A stretch of 35,866 nucleotides of DNA, from assembly GCA_963847625.1 (NCBI GenBank), contig CAWKAR010000055.1:1-35866 (forward strand). The letters are read 5' to 3'. The position numbers and the translations under genes are program-made. Shown piece by piece: positions 8,251 through 18,208 of the stretch. The notes below the pieces were generated by a model that saw only the letters and a program-made list of their open reading frames with translations, had not been told where the DNA came from and did no database searches. Positions within the stretch are counted from its first letter, which is position 1. Each line of letters starts with the position of its first letter. The DNA is from a candidate division FCPU426 bacterium (GTDB lineage Bacteria; Oederibacteriota; Muellerivitia; Muellerivitales; Muellerivitaceae).

Positions 8251-8760
8251 TATTTGAGGAGAGAGCACCCTCCGGGTGCGCCCCCTCACAAAATCCTTGG
8301 GGGCGCAGACGGAGCACAAAGAGGTGTTGGTTATGGAAAACCGAGTCCGGGGGGAAGTGCGTCGTTGGTTTAAGCATTATTGGGGGAAAAGACAAAACAT
8401 CCGTGAGGCCGGATCAGCGAGGAACGAAGCCCGGCCGTTTTGGCTTTTAGGCGCCGACCGACCCCAACGGCGAAGCCGCCCCCGGATTGATTTTCTTCCA
8501 GGTTGTCTTTCGACGTGGGGGTTCCGGGGGGATCTACCACCGGGCTAGGGATGGGCACCTCGTCATCGCACACAAGGCGGTGACGGCGGTTTGGTTGGGC
8601 AAACAGCATTGAGGCTGTTTGACAATGGGGAAGGGTCTGTTCCCTTCCCCTGGGGGGCTCCGGGGGATCGCCACCCGGGCTACGAGAGGATTTAAGGGAG
8701 AGGGTTATCGCTCCCTTTTTAAAAATATTAACGAGGCCTGGCCATAGGGAAGATTACACG
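8251..8760 (+). repeat. conserved upstream repeat (modules A+C) ahead of radC
   Basis: Module A (about 185 bp) recurs at 10540, 14111 and 21238; module C recurs at 10941 and 14444. Confidence 0.9.
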
Positions 8761-8863
8761 GACGCTGTTTTGCGGACGGCGAAACTTCTTCAATCCCGTG
8801 AGGGTGGCCAGGCCGAGGTAAGGGGCCTATGTCATGCCAACGTGATTCTTGCACTTAAAAACA

Positions 8864-8895
8864 AAAAGCCTCCCGGCCTATGGCCGGGAAGCTTT
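8864..8895 (-). terminator. intrinsic terminator
   Basis: cccggcc-tat-ggccggg stem with T tract on the minus strand, after the TA pair. Confidence 0.7.
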
Positions 8896-8916
8896 ACTCT
8901 AGGGATGAGATGTGTT

Positions 8917-9234
8917 TTAGGCGCTCTTTTTACTTTGGGCAAGTTCCTTCGCGAAAACAATCCGCACTCCAAAGGCATGAAGAATCTTTTCAAGACTGGA
9001 AAGGGTCGGGTTTCCTTTTTCGGAAAGCGTGGTATAGAGGGCTTCCCTGGCCAACTGTGTTTCTTGGGAAAGTTTTTTCATCCCCCCCAGGGCGTCGGCC
9101 ACGTTCTTTAGGGCTCTTAAAAAGTATTTAAAGTCCCCAGTTTCCCAAGCGGCGTTGATGTATCCAATCCGCCTTGCTGGTTTTTTCAATTCTTCGAATA
9201 AATATTCTTTGTGGTCAACTAATCTGAATTTCAT
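8917..9234 (-). CDS. addiction-module antidote protein (HI1420-like HTH)
   Basis: GGMKKLSQETQLAREALYTTLSEKGNPTL. Confidence 0.85.
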   Translation of the reverse strand: MKFRLVDHKEYLFEELKKPARRIGYINAAWETGDFKYFLRALKNVADALGGMKKLSQETQLAREALYTTLSEKGNPTLSSLEKILHAFGVRIVFAKELAQSKKSA

Positions 9235-9569
9235 TTTAAACTCCTTTTGAAAGCCGTCCAAAGTTTAGTAGCTTTCCTTATGTTGCTGTCCTGGTTGTCT
9301 TTTTCGCCCCCGCAAACCACTACGATAATGGCTCCCTTATGGAAACCATAATAAACCCGATACCCTTTTCCGTAATGAATCCTTAATTCCCAAAGGCCCC
9401 CAGTATTTGGCAAGTCGTGGTGATCGCCAAAATTCCCGTCCACCATCCTGTCAACCGCCGTCTGAATGCGTTCCTTGGCGGTATTATCCTTCAAACGACG
9501 GTGCCACTCTTTGTAAAGTTCTTTCCCATCGACTTCTAAAAATTTCACTTCAAAAGGGTGGTTTTCCAT
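9231..9569 (-). CDS. addiction-module killer protein (HI1419-like RelE/ParE)
   Basis: GNFGDH, LWELRIHYGKGYRVYY, GGEKDNQ. Confidence 0.85.
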   Translation of the reverse strand: MENHPFEVKFLEVDGKELYKEWHRRLKDNTAKERIQTAVDRMVDGNFGDHHDLPNTGGLWELRIHYGKGYRVYYGFHKGAIIVVVCGGEKDNQDSNIRKATKLWTAFKRSLK

Positions 9570-9632
9570 GCCTAAACCAAGTGTAATAATTATATTACTC
9601 ATTTTCAAGCCTTTCCTTCGTTAAAAATTCCA

Positions 9633-10520
9633 CTAAGCTACCTCCTTTTCTTTTTCCTCTGAAACCGGCTTCAAGAGAAAATCCACGGCTTTTTGGGCCT
9701 GGGTAACTGCGGTCATAAGGGCTTTTGGTTCATCCTTTAATCCCTTAATCCAGGAAGCGACATAAGCGGCGTGGTTGGTATGGTAGGGGATGCCCACGTG
9801 GGCGCAAAGGACGGCGGCTCCGAATTCCGCCACAAGTTCCTCGGCGGCGTAGGGATCGGAACCAAATTTGCTTTGAAGATTCCGGTTAAGCCTCTTGGGT
9901 CCGCCTACCCAATGGCATAGCTCGTGAAAAAAAACCTCATAAAATCCTTCGGTCGTCTTAAAGGATTCCTTGAAGGGTAGGGTGATGGTATCGGTGGCCA
10001 CCGTGTAAAAGGCCTTGTCCCTTAACTGGTCATAAACGATATTGGCCCCCGATTCCTTAATAATCCGGTCGGCTTCCTGGTTGTTGGCGACCCGGTTGGG
10101 GGTAATTTTCTCCTTGAGGTGGTCCAGGCCTTCCAACTGGTCCAGGTTGAAAACGTAGTGAAGGCGCACAAAAGGAAAAGTCTCCTTTTTGTTTTTCCCG
10201 TCCGTTTCCTTCTCGTCGGAAACCTTCGTTTTAATTTCAAAATAAATAATCTCGGTCCCCTCCTGGCCTTTTTTCACACGGCCCCCGAGGTTCTTGCATT
10301 GTAAAAAAGTCATCCATATTGGGGATGAATAGCCTTTAACCTGGCGCTCATAGCCCAAAAGTAAAAGGTTCATTCCCTGGTAAACGTGTTTGGATGAACC
10401 ATTGACCGATGGAATAAAGAACCAAGGTTTTTCCCAGGGCATGACCCCGGTTTCCATGTCCTTAATGATTTTGTCGGTAACTTCCTCGATCAGATTTGAA
10501 AGCCTTTCTTTAGTACTCAT
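9633..10520 (-). CDS. ardC: antirestriction protein ArdC (ssDNA-binding domain plus zincin domain)
   Basis: PWEKPW, YQGMN, WMTFLQ, FHELCHW, YAAEELVAE, HAAYVASW. Confidence 0.92.
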   Translation of the reverse strand: MSTKERLSNLIEEVTDKIIKDMETGVMPWEKPWFFIPSVNGSSKHVYQGMNLLLLGYERQVKGYSSPIWMTFLQCKNLGGRVKKGQEGTEIIYFEIKTKVSDEKETDGKNKKETFPFVRLHYVFNLDQLEGLDHLKEKITPNRVANNQEADRIIKESGANIVYDQLRDKAFYTVATDTITLPFKESFKTTEGFYEVFFHELCHWVGGPKRLNRNLQSKFGSDPYAAEELVAEFGAAVLCAHVGIPYHTNHAAYVASWIKGLKDEPKALMTAVTQAQKAVDFLLKPVSEEKEKEVA

Positions 10521-10539
10521 TTTTTCTACTCCTTTTCTT

Positions 10540-11122
10540 TATTTGAGGAGAGAGCACCCTCCGGGTGCGCCCCCTCACAAAATTCTTGGGGGCGCAAACG
10601 GAGCACAAAGAGGTGTTGGCTATGGAAAATCGAGTCCGGGGGGGAAGTGCGTCGTTGGTTTAAGCATTATTGGGGGAAAAGACAAAACATCCGTGAGGCC
10701 GGATCAGCGAGGAACGAAGCCCGGCCGTTTTGGCTTTTAGGCGCCGACCGACCCCAACGGCGTTTATCCACCCTCGCCCACAAGGCGAGGGGTGAAGGTT
10801 GACAATGCCAACTCAATAAGAGTTGGTGACGCCGCCCCCGGATCGGTTTTCTTCCACGTTGTCTTTCTCTCTGCGTCGAGGCCTCAAGCCGAGATGCGTG
10901 GTTTGGGTGTGCCGGTTCCATATAAGAACCGGCGCGCCGCGGGGGATCCGGGGGGATCTACCACCGGGCTAGGGATGGGCACCTGGTCAATCGCTCACAA
11001 AGCGATGACCAAGCTTTGGTTGGGCAAACAGCATTGAGGCTGTTTGACAACGGGGAAGGGGCTGTTCCCTTCCCCTGGGGGGGCTGGGGGGATCGCCACC
11101 CGGGCAATGGGAAGGTTACACG
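10540..11122 (+). repeat. conserved upstream repeat (modules A+B+D+C) ahead of ardC
   Basis: Segmental identity with the 8251, 14111 and 21238 copies. Confidence 0.9.
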
Positions 11123-11243
11123 ATTGCGTTGGTTATGATTGTTAAATTTTTTGAAGGATTCTGACTAGTTTATTTTCATCCGAATCTGGATTCCTGGAAA
11201 TCTTCATGCTTAAATTATTTAACGCCGAATCAAGGTAAATAAA

Positions 11244-12206
11244 ATGCACACACAAGACCTTAGTAGTTGGTTGCATACCCACGTGTTCAATAATGAAAAC
11301 AAGCACGCCGAGCGGAGCACCCGCGTGGTTGCATCCATTACAGCAATTATGATGATCATCGAGATATGGGCTGGTTGGTGGTTTAATTCCATGGCATTGT
11401 TCGCTGACGGCTGGCACATGAGTTCACACACGATTGCCATCGGCCTGAGCGCACTTGCTTACGTAGTCGCCCGTAGGCACGCGAATGATGGGAGATATGC
11501 ATTTGGCACGTGGAAGATCGAGGTATTAGGCGGGTTTACCAGCGCTGTTTTGCTAATGGTCATCGCGGCCTATATGGTTCTGAGTTCCCTCGAAAACCTT
11601 CATACACCACGCCCTATCCGTTTTGCGGAGGCCATTCCCGTAGCGGTAGTGGGTCTCTTCGTCAATATCATATGCGCCCTCATTTTGGGAAAAGCTCATC
11701 ATGACGGCCACCACCATACGGAAGGACACGATCATCACCACCATGATTTAAACCTCAAATCCGCCTACGTTCACGTTATGGTGGATGCAGGGACTTCCAT
11801 GCTTGCCGTGCTGGCTTTATCCGGTGGCATGTTTTTGGGTTGGGTTTGGCTGGATCCCGTCATGGGAATTGTTGGCGCGACAGTGGTGGCTCTTTGGGCA
11901 TGGGGGTTAATCAAGGAAACCAGCCAAGTTTTGTTGGACCGCGAAATGGACAGCCCCGTCGTGATTGAAATCAGGGATACCATCGAAAAACATCCCCAAT
12001 GGTCGGAATCCACCCGGATTTCTGACCTCCATGTTTGGCGCGTTGGAAAAGAAAATTATTCCTGCGCTATAAGTTTGGTTACCGACGACGTTAAAATGAC
12101 GCCCCAATCTGTTAAAGAAATACTTCAACAACATGAGGAAATAGCCCATATCACTGTTGAAATCAATCAATGTCCACACCAGGTTAAATCTGTTTCTTAT
12201 GTATGA
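11244..12206 (+). CDS. dmeF: CDF-family Co/Ni efflux transporter (DmeF-like)
   Basis: SMALFADGWHM, FGTWKIEVLGGF, His-rich loop, AYVHVMVDA, DLHVW. Confidence 0.88.
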   Translation: MHTQDLSSWLHTHVFNNENKHAERSTRVVASITAIMMIIEIWAGWWFNSMALFADGWHMSSHTIAIGLSALAYVVARRHANDGRYAFGTWKIEVLGGFTSAVLLMVIAAYMVLSSLENLHTPRPIRFAEAIPVAVVGLFVNIICALILGKAHHDGHHHTEGHDHHHHDLNLKSAYVHVMVDAGTSMLAVLALSGGMFLGWVWLDPVMGIVGATVVALWAWGLIKETSQVLLDREMDSPVVIEIRDTIEKHPQWSESTRISDLHVWRVGKENYSCAISLVTDDVKMTPQSVKEILQQHEEIAHITVEINQCPHQVKSVSYV

Positions 12207-12335
12207 AGCTATACCTCACTCCTTTTTTCGCACTTCAAAAAAAGAGAACTGATAATGGGAAAGCTACATGGCCGCCGATGTTGCGGACGGCGAGGTTTCC
12301 ATCCTTTCGGTGTAGGGGGTGACAAAACGGACAAA

Positions 12336-12421
12336 GGGGGTCCGGGGGAAACGCCTTCCTGCGTTGAGACCACAAGTCGAGACGCGAGGTTTGGGTGTGC
12401 CGGTTCCATAATAGAACCGGC
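12336..12421 (+). repeat. module D hairpin repeat
   Basis: ctgcgttgagaccacaagtcgagacgcg...gccggttccataatagaaccggc. Confidence 0.8.
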
Positions 12422-12455
12422 CCCCGGTGCTTATGCCCGGAAATTAACAAGCCGC

Positions 12456-12860
12456 CTATTCGGCAGATTGTTCCTCGGCCAAAGTAAAAGTCTGGTTTTT
12501 AATGTTTGCAAGCCAGTCCGCTAAAAATTCGTTTTGGCTCCTGAATTGGCGGGGGTCCTCCTTCCCGTCTGGGTATACCTCCCAATACCCCAATGAATTT
12601 TGGAAATGAATTGCAAGGGCCGTTTTATTTTCGGGGTATAGATGGATTTCCATATCCGGATCGGGGACTAAATCCCCGTTCAGTTCATAATAATGGGTTA
12701 AGGAAATGTGATTCTTGGAAAGGCATTCCAGGTGCAAGTCCATGTAACCATTGGCCTTAAATTTCATGGTCCGGCCCGACCGGCTGGCCCATTCGGTTAT
12801 ATCCTTTCCGGCCAATTCCGACAAAGCCTTGTAATTCAATTCCGGGATTTTCGAATCCAT
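12456..12860 (-). CDS. DUF6908/DUF1249-like protein
   Basis: ISLTHYYELNGDLVPDPDMEI...NEFLADWLANI. Confidence 0.7.
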   Translation of the reverse strand: MDSKIPELNYKALSELAGKDITEWASRSGRTMKFKANGYMDLHLECLSKNHISLTHYYELNGDLVPDPDMEIHLYPENKTALAIHFQNSLGYWEVYPDGKEDPRQFRSQNEFLADWLANIKNQTFTLAEEQSAE

Positions 12861-12883
12861 ACTTCCTCCTTTCTAAAATCCTA

Positions 12884-13075
12884 CTATTCAATTGTTTTCA
12901 CTTCCTCAATGTCATTGAGTTTTTTCATTAAATTTTGAAAATACCGGGTCATTTCTTTTTGGTAGACGGTTTGAGAAAGGATTTCAGGCTGGTAATTCTC
13001 CCAAAAAGCGACCGCCCGGCAAGCATAAGAAACAATCGCGCTAAATTGTGGAGAAGGAATTGCGGAATATTTCAT
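12884..13075 (-). CDS. hypothetical protein
   Basis: GGAGG RBS; start overlaps the upstream stop codon. Confidence 0.6.
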   Translation of the reverse strand: MKYSAIPSPQFSAIVSYACRAVAFWENYQPEILSQTVYQKEMTRYFQNLMKKLNDIEEVKTIE

Positions 13076-13266
13076 GGTAAAACCTCCCTCGTGAAATCCT
13101 CTAAAAATCTCCATCCGTTACTTCGAGCGTGAAGTTTTGCCGACTTGACAGCCGACGACTTCGTGTTGCCTTCAATCCTGGCCATTTCCAAAATCGGGCC
13201 GAAATTATTCACCCGTTTTTCATCCGTTGTCGCGGGCCGGTAAAAGTAAAACTCAAATGTTTTCAT
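13072..13266 (-). CDS. hypothetical protein
   Basis: Operonic spacing. Confidence 0.6.
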   Translation of the reverse strand: MKTFEFYFYRPATTDEKRVNNFGPILEMARIEGNTKSSAVKSAKLHARSNGWRFLEDFTREVLP

Positions 13267-13274
13267 TTCCCGCC

Positions 13275-13742
13275 TCACTGCATGGCGTTGCGAAAGAAAC
13301 TCTTAATTTCTCTTGGTTCTGGTGATGCTTCTCCCCAATGGCGGACGTAAGCCAGTTCATAAGTCTTTTTGTTGTTGTTCCCAAATTGGAGAACCCTTTT
13401 AACCTCGGCCCGGTCGGCCCCCTCACAGTCATAATCGACTTTGCAAATCTTGACCCCTGGGCGGTTTGCCATGATTTCCTGGACGTTTCCCCCCTCAATG
13501 ACGACAACCAACTTGGTTTCCGCCTTCGGTTTCAAAACCGAAAGGATGTTTTCGGCCAATTCCAAGGCCTCCGCCCTGGATATCTTTAGGCTGATCGGGT
13601 CGGTTTTCCCGGCTCGGCTCGAAGAAACCGAAAGGTTAAGATTCCCTTCAATGTCCTTGAAGCAATCCACCTTCCGGGGAATGAAATAACCATTTCTTCC
13701 CCTGGCCCAGCCTGTCCCTTTCAAAAGCAATTCTTTAAACAT
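13275..13742 (-). CDS. hypothetical two-domain protein
   Basis: AGGAG RBS before ATG 13742; C-terminal domain shared with 6763..7011. Confidence 0.7.
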   Translation of the reverse strand: MFKELLLKGTGWARGRNGYFIPRKVDCFKDIEGNLNLSVSSSRAGKTDPISLKISRAEALELAENILSVLKPKAETKLVVVIEGGNVQEIMANRPGVKICKVDYDCEGADRAEVKRVLQFGNNNKKTYELAYVRHWGEASPEPREIKSFFRNAMQ

Positions 13743-13753
13743 GACTTCTCCTT

Positions 13754-13984
13754 TCAAAGTGAATGAATGAGGGTTAAAAATTCGGGTTTGGAAGAAGGGG
13801 AAAGGGCGCACGCCACGGACTCGAATAAAAGGCTTTCGGTTAGGTTGTCCTTCACGTCCACTGTTTGAAGGTGGTCAAGGTCCTGAATCTCGTAAAAGTA
13901 ACCTTGTAGATTCTTGCCAACGTGAATTTCAAAATTCCCCATGATGGGAAAGCTGACTAACTTGAAAGCTGTCGTGGTATTCAT
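13754..13984 (-). CDS. hypothetical protein
   Basis: AGGAG RBS; operonic. Confidence 0.6.
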   Translation of the reverse strand: MNTTTAFKLVSFPIMGNFEIHVGKNLQGYFYEIQDLDHLQTVDVKDNLTESLLFESVACALSPSSKPEFLTLIHSL

Positions 13985-13996
13985 GCGCCCTGCTCC

Positions 13997-14092
13997 TTAA
14001 AGCTCCCGGCCTTCGATAAAAAGCATTTCGATAGCCCGGTCCAATTCTTCTTCCGGTATTCCTGAATCCTTGACTTCCTCTTTTTCATCCAT
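13997..14092 (-). CDS. 31-aa acidic peptide directly after module A
   Basis: AAGGAG RBS; MDEKEEVKDSGIPEEELDRAIEMLFIEGREL. Confidence 0.55.
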   Translation of the reverse strand: MDEKEEVKDSGIPEEELDRAIEMLFIEGREL

Positions 14093-14110
14093 CTTTGTTT
14101 CTCCTTGATT

Positions 14111-14686
14111 TATTTGAGGAGAGAGCACCCTCCGGGTGCGCCCCCTCACAAAATCCTTGGGGGCGCAAACGGAGCACAAAGAGGTGTTGGCTATGGGAAA
14201 TCGAGTCCGGGAGGAAGTGCGTCGTTGGTTTAAGCATTATTGGGATTCCGGCAGGCCATGTTTTAGGCCGGATAAGACGAGGAACGAGGCCCGGCCTGGC
14301 TTGCCGGAAAGGCGATGACCGGTCCCAACGGCGTTTATCCGTCCTCGCCCACAAGGCGAGGGACGACGGTGGATAATGCCAACTCAATAAGAGTTGGTGA
14401 CGCCGCCCCCGGATCGGTTTACTTCAACGTTGTCGTTCGTCGTGGGGGTTCCGGGGGGATCTACCACCGGGCTAGGGATGGGCACCTCGTCACTACCCAC
14501 AAGGCGGTGACGGCGGGTTGGTTGGGCAAACAGCATTGAGGCTGTTTGACAACGGGGAAGGGTTACTTCCCTTCCCCTGGGGGGCTCCGGGGGATCTCCG
14601 CCCGGGCTATGGGTGTGTTGAGGGACAGGGTTATCTCTCCCTTTTTAAAAATATTAACGAGGCCTGGCTATAGGGAAGGTTACATG
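14111..14686 (+). repeat. conserved upstream repeat (modules A+B+C)
   Basis: Identity with the other copies, including a tail shared with 8700-8760. Confidence 0.9.
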
Positions 14687-14755
14687 GCTAAAGGCCGGCG
14701 AGCCTTTTTCAAAACGTTCACGTCTGGGTCGAGACAAAAAGCACTATGAAAAAAG

Positions 14756-14793
14756 AAAAAGCCCCACTGGTTTATAAACCGTGGGGCTTTTTT
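14756..14793. terminator. bidirectional intrinsic terminator
   Basis: aaaaagccccac...gtggggcttttt. Confidence 0.75.
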
Positions 14794-14825
14794 CTACGCC
14801 GATTACAATTTACATTTGGAATCGG

Positions 14826-15056
14826 TTATTTATTCTTAGGCAACACCAAGGGCGAAACCTGCTTCGCTCCCCTCTTCGCTGTTCCACTGATCTTGCGGAC
14901 GGGTTTGGCCTTTTTAGTATGGCGACCCATGGCATGGTCCTTTTCATGGTCCAAGACCCACTGGGGTTTTTCTTTGCTCTGGGTGGCTTGCGCCCAGGAT
15001 GCCGTCCCTGCCGCCGCCGTGAATAGAATGACCGCTGCTAAAATGATCTTTTTCAT
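14826..15056 (-). CDS. small basic exported protein
   Basis: Signal peptide MKKIILAAVILFTAAAGTASWA; GGAG RBS. Confidence 0.7.
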   Translation of the reverse strand: MKKIILAAVILFTAAAGTASWAQATQSKEKPQWVLDHEKDHAMGRHTKKAKPVRKISGTAKRGAKQVSPLVLPKNK

Positions 15057-15120
15057 GTTTTAACTCCACAGATTTGATTTGGATTGCCTTCCACATTCAA
15101 AATTTGAATCATTTCGTTAA

Positions 15121-16194
15121 TTATTCCAGGTTGCATCCCGCAGCCCTGAGTTCCGCTTCCTCGGTCAGCACGTTCGGGCTCGTAAGTGGGTTGCCGGTTA
15201 GTACAGAAACAATGGTTGCGTTGTTTCCAAGCCCAGAATTGTTCACCAGGGGCTGTAAATCCACAATTTGGTTATTGTTCAAGAACAAATCTTCCAGGTG
15301 CATCAACCCAGAAAGGGGTGTGAGGTCGCTGATCTGGTTGTATGAAAGGTATAGATATCCCAAATGCGTCAGTCCAGACAGGACAGTTATGGTGGTGATT
15401 TGGTTGTTCTCGAGAACCAAGTAATAAATTTGCGTCAAATTGGACAGGATTGAAATGTCGCTGACCTGGTTATCGGCAAGGTTCAGGTATCCCAATTGCG
15501 TCAGTCCAGACAGTGCCGAGATGTCGCTGATCTGATTAGAAGATAGGTCCAATTCCAACAAATTTGTAAGGTTGGATAAGGGAGCAAGATCGGTGATTTG
15601 GTTGTTGTTGAGGCTTAAGTACTGCAACCCCGTGAGGCCAGCGATGGGAGTGAGATCGGTGATATGGTTGCCGTTGAGGCTCAAGTTCGTCACTGCGGAA
15701 CAATATTCCAACCCTTCCAGGTTGGTGACGCCGTCGGAATTAAAATACAAATCGGTAATGGTGGCCATGTCACATTGGGTAATGATGTCTGAGGTGCTTG
15801 CAATGATTCCGTTGTTAATCAATACGGTTTGGACTGCCGACAAAAGGTTGGGGTCCGGAATATTCACTGGTAAAGAACAAGCAACTGTGGGATTAACCGT
15901 GACGGTGATCGTCGGGGTATAGGTCGAAGTCCCCGTTAGAGTAATCGTAGGCGTATATGTAATGGTAAGGGTGTTGGTAGGAGTGGAGGTGATCGTCGGT
16001 GTGATAGTTGGAGTGTTGGTGGAAGTATTTATGGGTACAGGGGTATTGCTTAAACTCGGGGTTGGACTGGGCGTGTTGGTGGGGCTGGAGGAGGGTGGAA
16101 CCGCCGCGGGTCCACTGGCCATAAAATTGTGGGTACAAGCCATCGTAAGAATACTTAATCCCAAAAACAGAAATAGGCACTTTTTCATATTCAT
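15121..16194 (-). CDS. internalin-like leucine-rich-repeat lipoprotein with Thr/Pro stalk
   Basis: Lipobox-like TMAC, TPT repeats, IPDPNL cap, 22-aa LRRs (LxLxxNQIxDL). Confidence 0.9.
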   Translation of the reverse strand: MNMKKCLFLFLGLSILTMACTHNFMASGPAAVPPSSSPTNTPSPTPSLSNTPVPINTSTNTPTITPTITSTPTNTLTITYTPTITLTGTSTYTPTITVTVNPTVACSLPVNIPDPNLLSAVQTVLINNGIIASTSDIITQCDMATITDLYFNSDGVTNLEGLEYCSAVTNLSLNGNHITDLTPIAGLTGLQYLSLNNNQITDLAPLSNLTNLLELDLSSNQISDISALSGLTQLGYLNLADNQVSDISILSNLTQIYYLVLENNQITTITVLSGLTHLGYLYLSYNQISDLTPLSGLMHLEDLFLNNNQIVDLQPLVNNSGLGNNATIVSVLTGNPLTSPNVLTEEAELRAAGCNLE

Positions 16195-16379
16195 CCGCTT
16201 TGACGCCTTTTTATTACCTTCAATAGTATAGCGTCGAAGGTGGAGGTTTTATTCCATGGTTTCACTGATTAAATAAAAAATCTTTATGGGGTAAGAACAG
16301 GTCTTTTACAAGCCAACCCCCCCGGAATACCCCTATTCCGGCGCATCTTCGTTCATTCCGGCATAATATGAAGCCGGGA

Positions 16380-17291
16380 TCAATATGTCGTCTGGTTGAA
16401 ACTTCCAGGTTGGCCCGGCTGTGCAGGAGAAATTGCTGTTCCACCTTGTACTGAATTGGTTCCGCTGAAATTGTTAACCGAATGGGATGAAAGAATAATA
16501 ATTCCGCCACCACCACCACCCGAGTTGTCGGCCCTAGTGCTGGTATCCGCGATACCTGATCCTCCGTTGGCCTGTAAAAATCCACTTCCTTCAATGTCAT
16601 TGGCCATAATATAAATAGACCCGCCTGATCCCGACCCCGGTAATCCTCCCGAACAATTAATACTATCCAACCCAATCGCACTCACCAAACCGTTAAAGGT
16701 TGCCGATCCATTCGGCGCTTGTATTAAAATCATCCCACCTCCTGGCCGCCCTCCTATCGGGCAAGTTCCATTCCCACCCGGACTTCCTCCGTAGGACGGG
16801 ACCATTGGATTGTCATAAGCCGCGCCTCCAGCGTTTCCAAGACCATCCTGCCCTCCTGTTCCACCGTGTCCAGCCCCTGCGCTGCTGGTTAAATTAGCCG
16901 GTGTTCCCGTTGTTCCGTTAGTGTTAAAACCTACTAAAGTACTTCCGCTGTCCATGGCGAAATAATTGGAAACATTGAAGGTTACCCCTCCTTCCACTGC
17001 TAGGGTTCCTCCCGCAGCTATGTGGATATAAGAATAAGAGTAGGTTCCCGCAGCGATACTTGTGGGGGAAGATGTAACATCCAAGCCACTTGGAGTTGTA
17101 CTTGGGGTCACTGTTGCCGTGTTAGTGGGAGTAGTGGTCATCGTCTGTGTTAATGTCATTGTAGCGGTATATGTGGATGTTGCAGCAATGGCTGGCGCAA
17201 GAGGCTGTGCGGAATTAATTTTTCTCTCACATCCATAAAATCCCAATACAGTGAGGGCCAAACAAACTAAAAATGGATTTAAATACCTCAT
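16380..17291 (-). CDS. Gly-rich surface lipoprotein with Thr-rich stalk
   Basis: FYGC lipobox; GAGHGG, GSGSGGSIYI, GGGGGGII repeats. Confidence 0.8.
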   Translation of the reverse strand: MRYLNPFLVCLALTVLGFYGCERKINSAQPLAPAIAATSTYTATMTLTQTMTTTPTNTATVTPSTTPSGLDVTSSPTSIAAGTYSYSYIHIAAGGTLAVEGGVTFNVSNYFAMDSGSTLVGFNTNGTTGTPANLTSSAGAGHGGTGGQDGLGNAGGAAYDNPMVPSYGGSPGGNGTCPIGGRPGGGMILIQAPNGSATFNGLVSAIGLDSINCSGGLPGSGSGGSIYIMANDIEGSGFLQANGGSGIADTSTRADNSGGGGGGIIILSSHSVNNFSGTNSVQGGTAISPAQPGQPGSFNQTTY

Positions 17292-17789
17292 AAACAGCCT
17301 CCCGGTATGGCTTTATACATCTCATCCATATAGTGACGGTTAAGTACTGTTTATTCCCTCTTTTCTCACTTTTATTTCTTGTATTTCCGTTCTTTGGATG
17401 AGTTTTAAAGCTTTTAAAACGGGTTTCTAAGGACAGAAGGGAGGTTGCCCACCTACCTTCTTTAGTTAACTAAATAAACTCACTTCGAAAGCGATGACTG
17501 GGACACTGAATCCAAACAGATTCAGCGACCAGCCTTGGGTGTCACGCCCCTACCCTCCACCGCGAATACCACGGTGGGGGTACCAGGCCTCGAACGCTGT
17601 CGCTTCGCTTTCGCGCTTCGTCGCTTAAAGCAAATCTTTAACTCATCAACAATCGCTCCAGGGAATCCGCTGAAGCTACTTCCCTTCCGCAAAAGGCATT
17701 TACCTTTTTACTCGCGCCCCCCCACGGTTTGTGCGGGGGGCGCGGTAAAAAGGCGCGCAACCCACAAAATAAAAATGAGGAGGATTCGA

Positions 17790-18200
17790 ATGAATCCAAA
17801 AATCGAAGTCGTGAAGTTGAATATCCTGAAGAAAGGACACCAGGCCGGGACGTTCTCCGTTAAGGTGGGTTTCGAGCCCGGGTGTGAGGTGATCCTTCCG
17901 GGAATGAGGATCGTCGAGGGTTCCAAGGGGACTTTCGTGGATCTGCCGTCACGGAAGTTCAAGGAAGTCGGGTTTGTTCCCTTCTATTACTTGAACAAGG
18001 CTTTAAGGGATTTGATTACCAGCCAAGCGCTGGTGGAGTATCGCAAGACGGTGGCTGGGAAGGTTGAGAGTCCAATTGCAGCTGCGGCGCCCACAGTGGT
18101 CAAACCGGTGGTGAGTTCGGCGGCGTCCAGGCCGACATCCCCCACTACCGCGAAAACGTGGCCAAGGAAGGAATGGAAGCCTAATTCAATAAGAAAGTAG
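17790..18200 (+). CDS. SpoVG-like nucleic-acid-binding protein with Ala/Pro/Lys tail
   Basis: GMRIVEGSKGTFVDLPSRK resembles the SpoVG signature; GGAGG RBS before ATG 17790. Confidence 0.7.
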   Translation: MNPKIEVVKLNILKKGHQAGTFSVKVGFEPGCEVILPGMRIVEGSKGTFVDLPSRKFKEVGFVPFYYLNKALRDLITSQALVEYRKTVAGKVESPIAAAAPTVVKPVVSSAASRPTSPTTAKTWPRKEWKPNSIRK

Positions 18201-18208
18201 AAAAATAA

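Noticed and set aside
8251..8330. Module A as a known riboswitch; module D as a twister, twister-sister or HDV ribozyme
   Set aside because: No recognisable conserved cores by eye, and wobble pairs favour the non-mRNA strand. An Rfam search is still needed.
8231..8609. N-terminal extension of RadC, and ORFs within the repeat modules (also 6064, 10667, 14085, 21351)
   Set aside because: They are translations of non-coding repeats whose frames are not preserved between copies.
17535..17789. Long N-terminus of the 221-aa ORF
   Set aside because: It spans hairpins, and a strong RBS supports the start at 17790.
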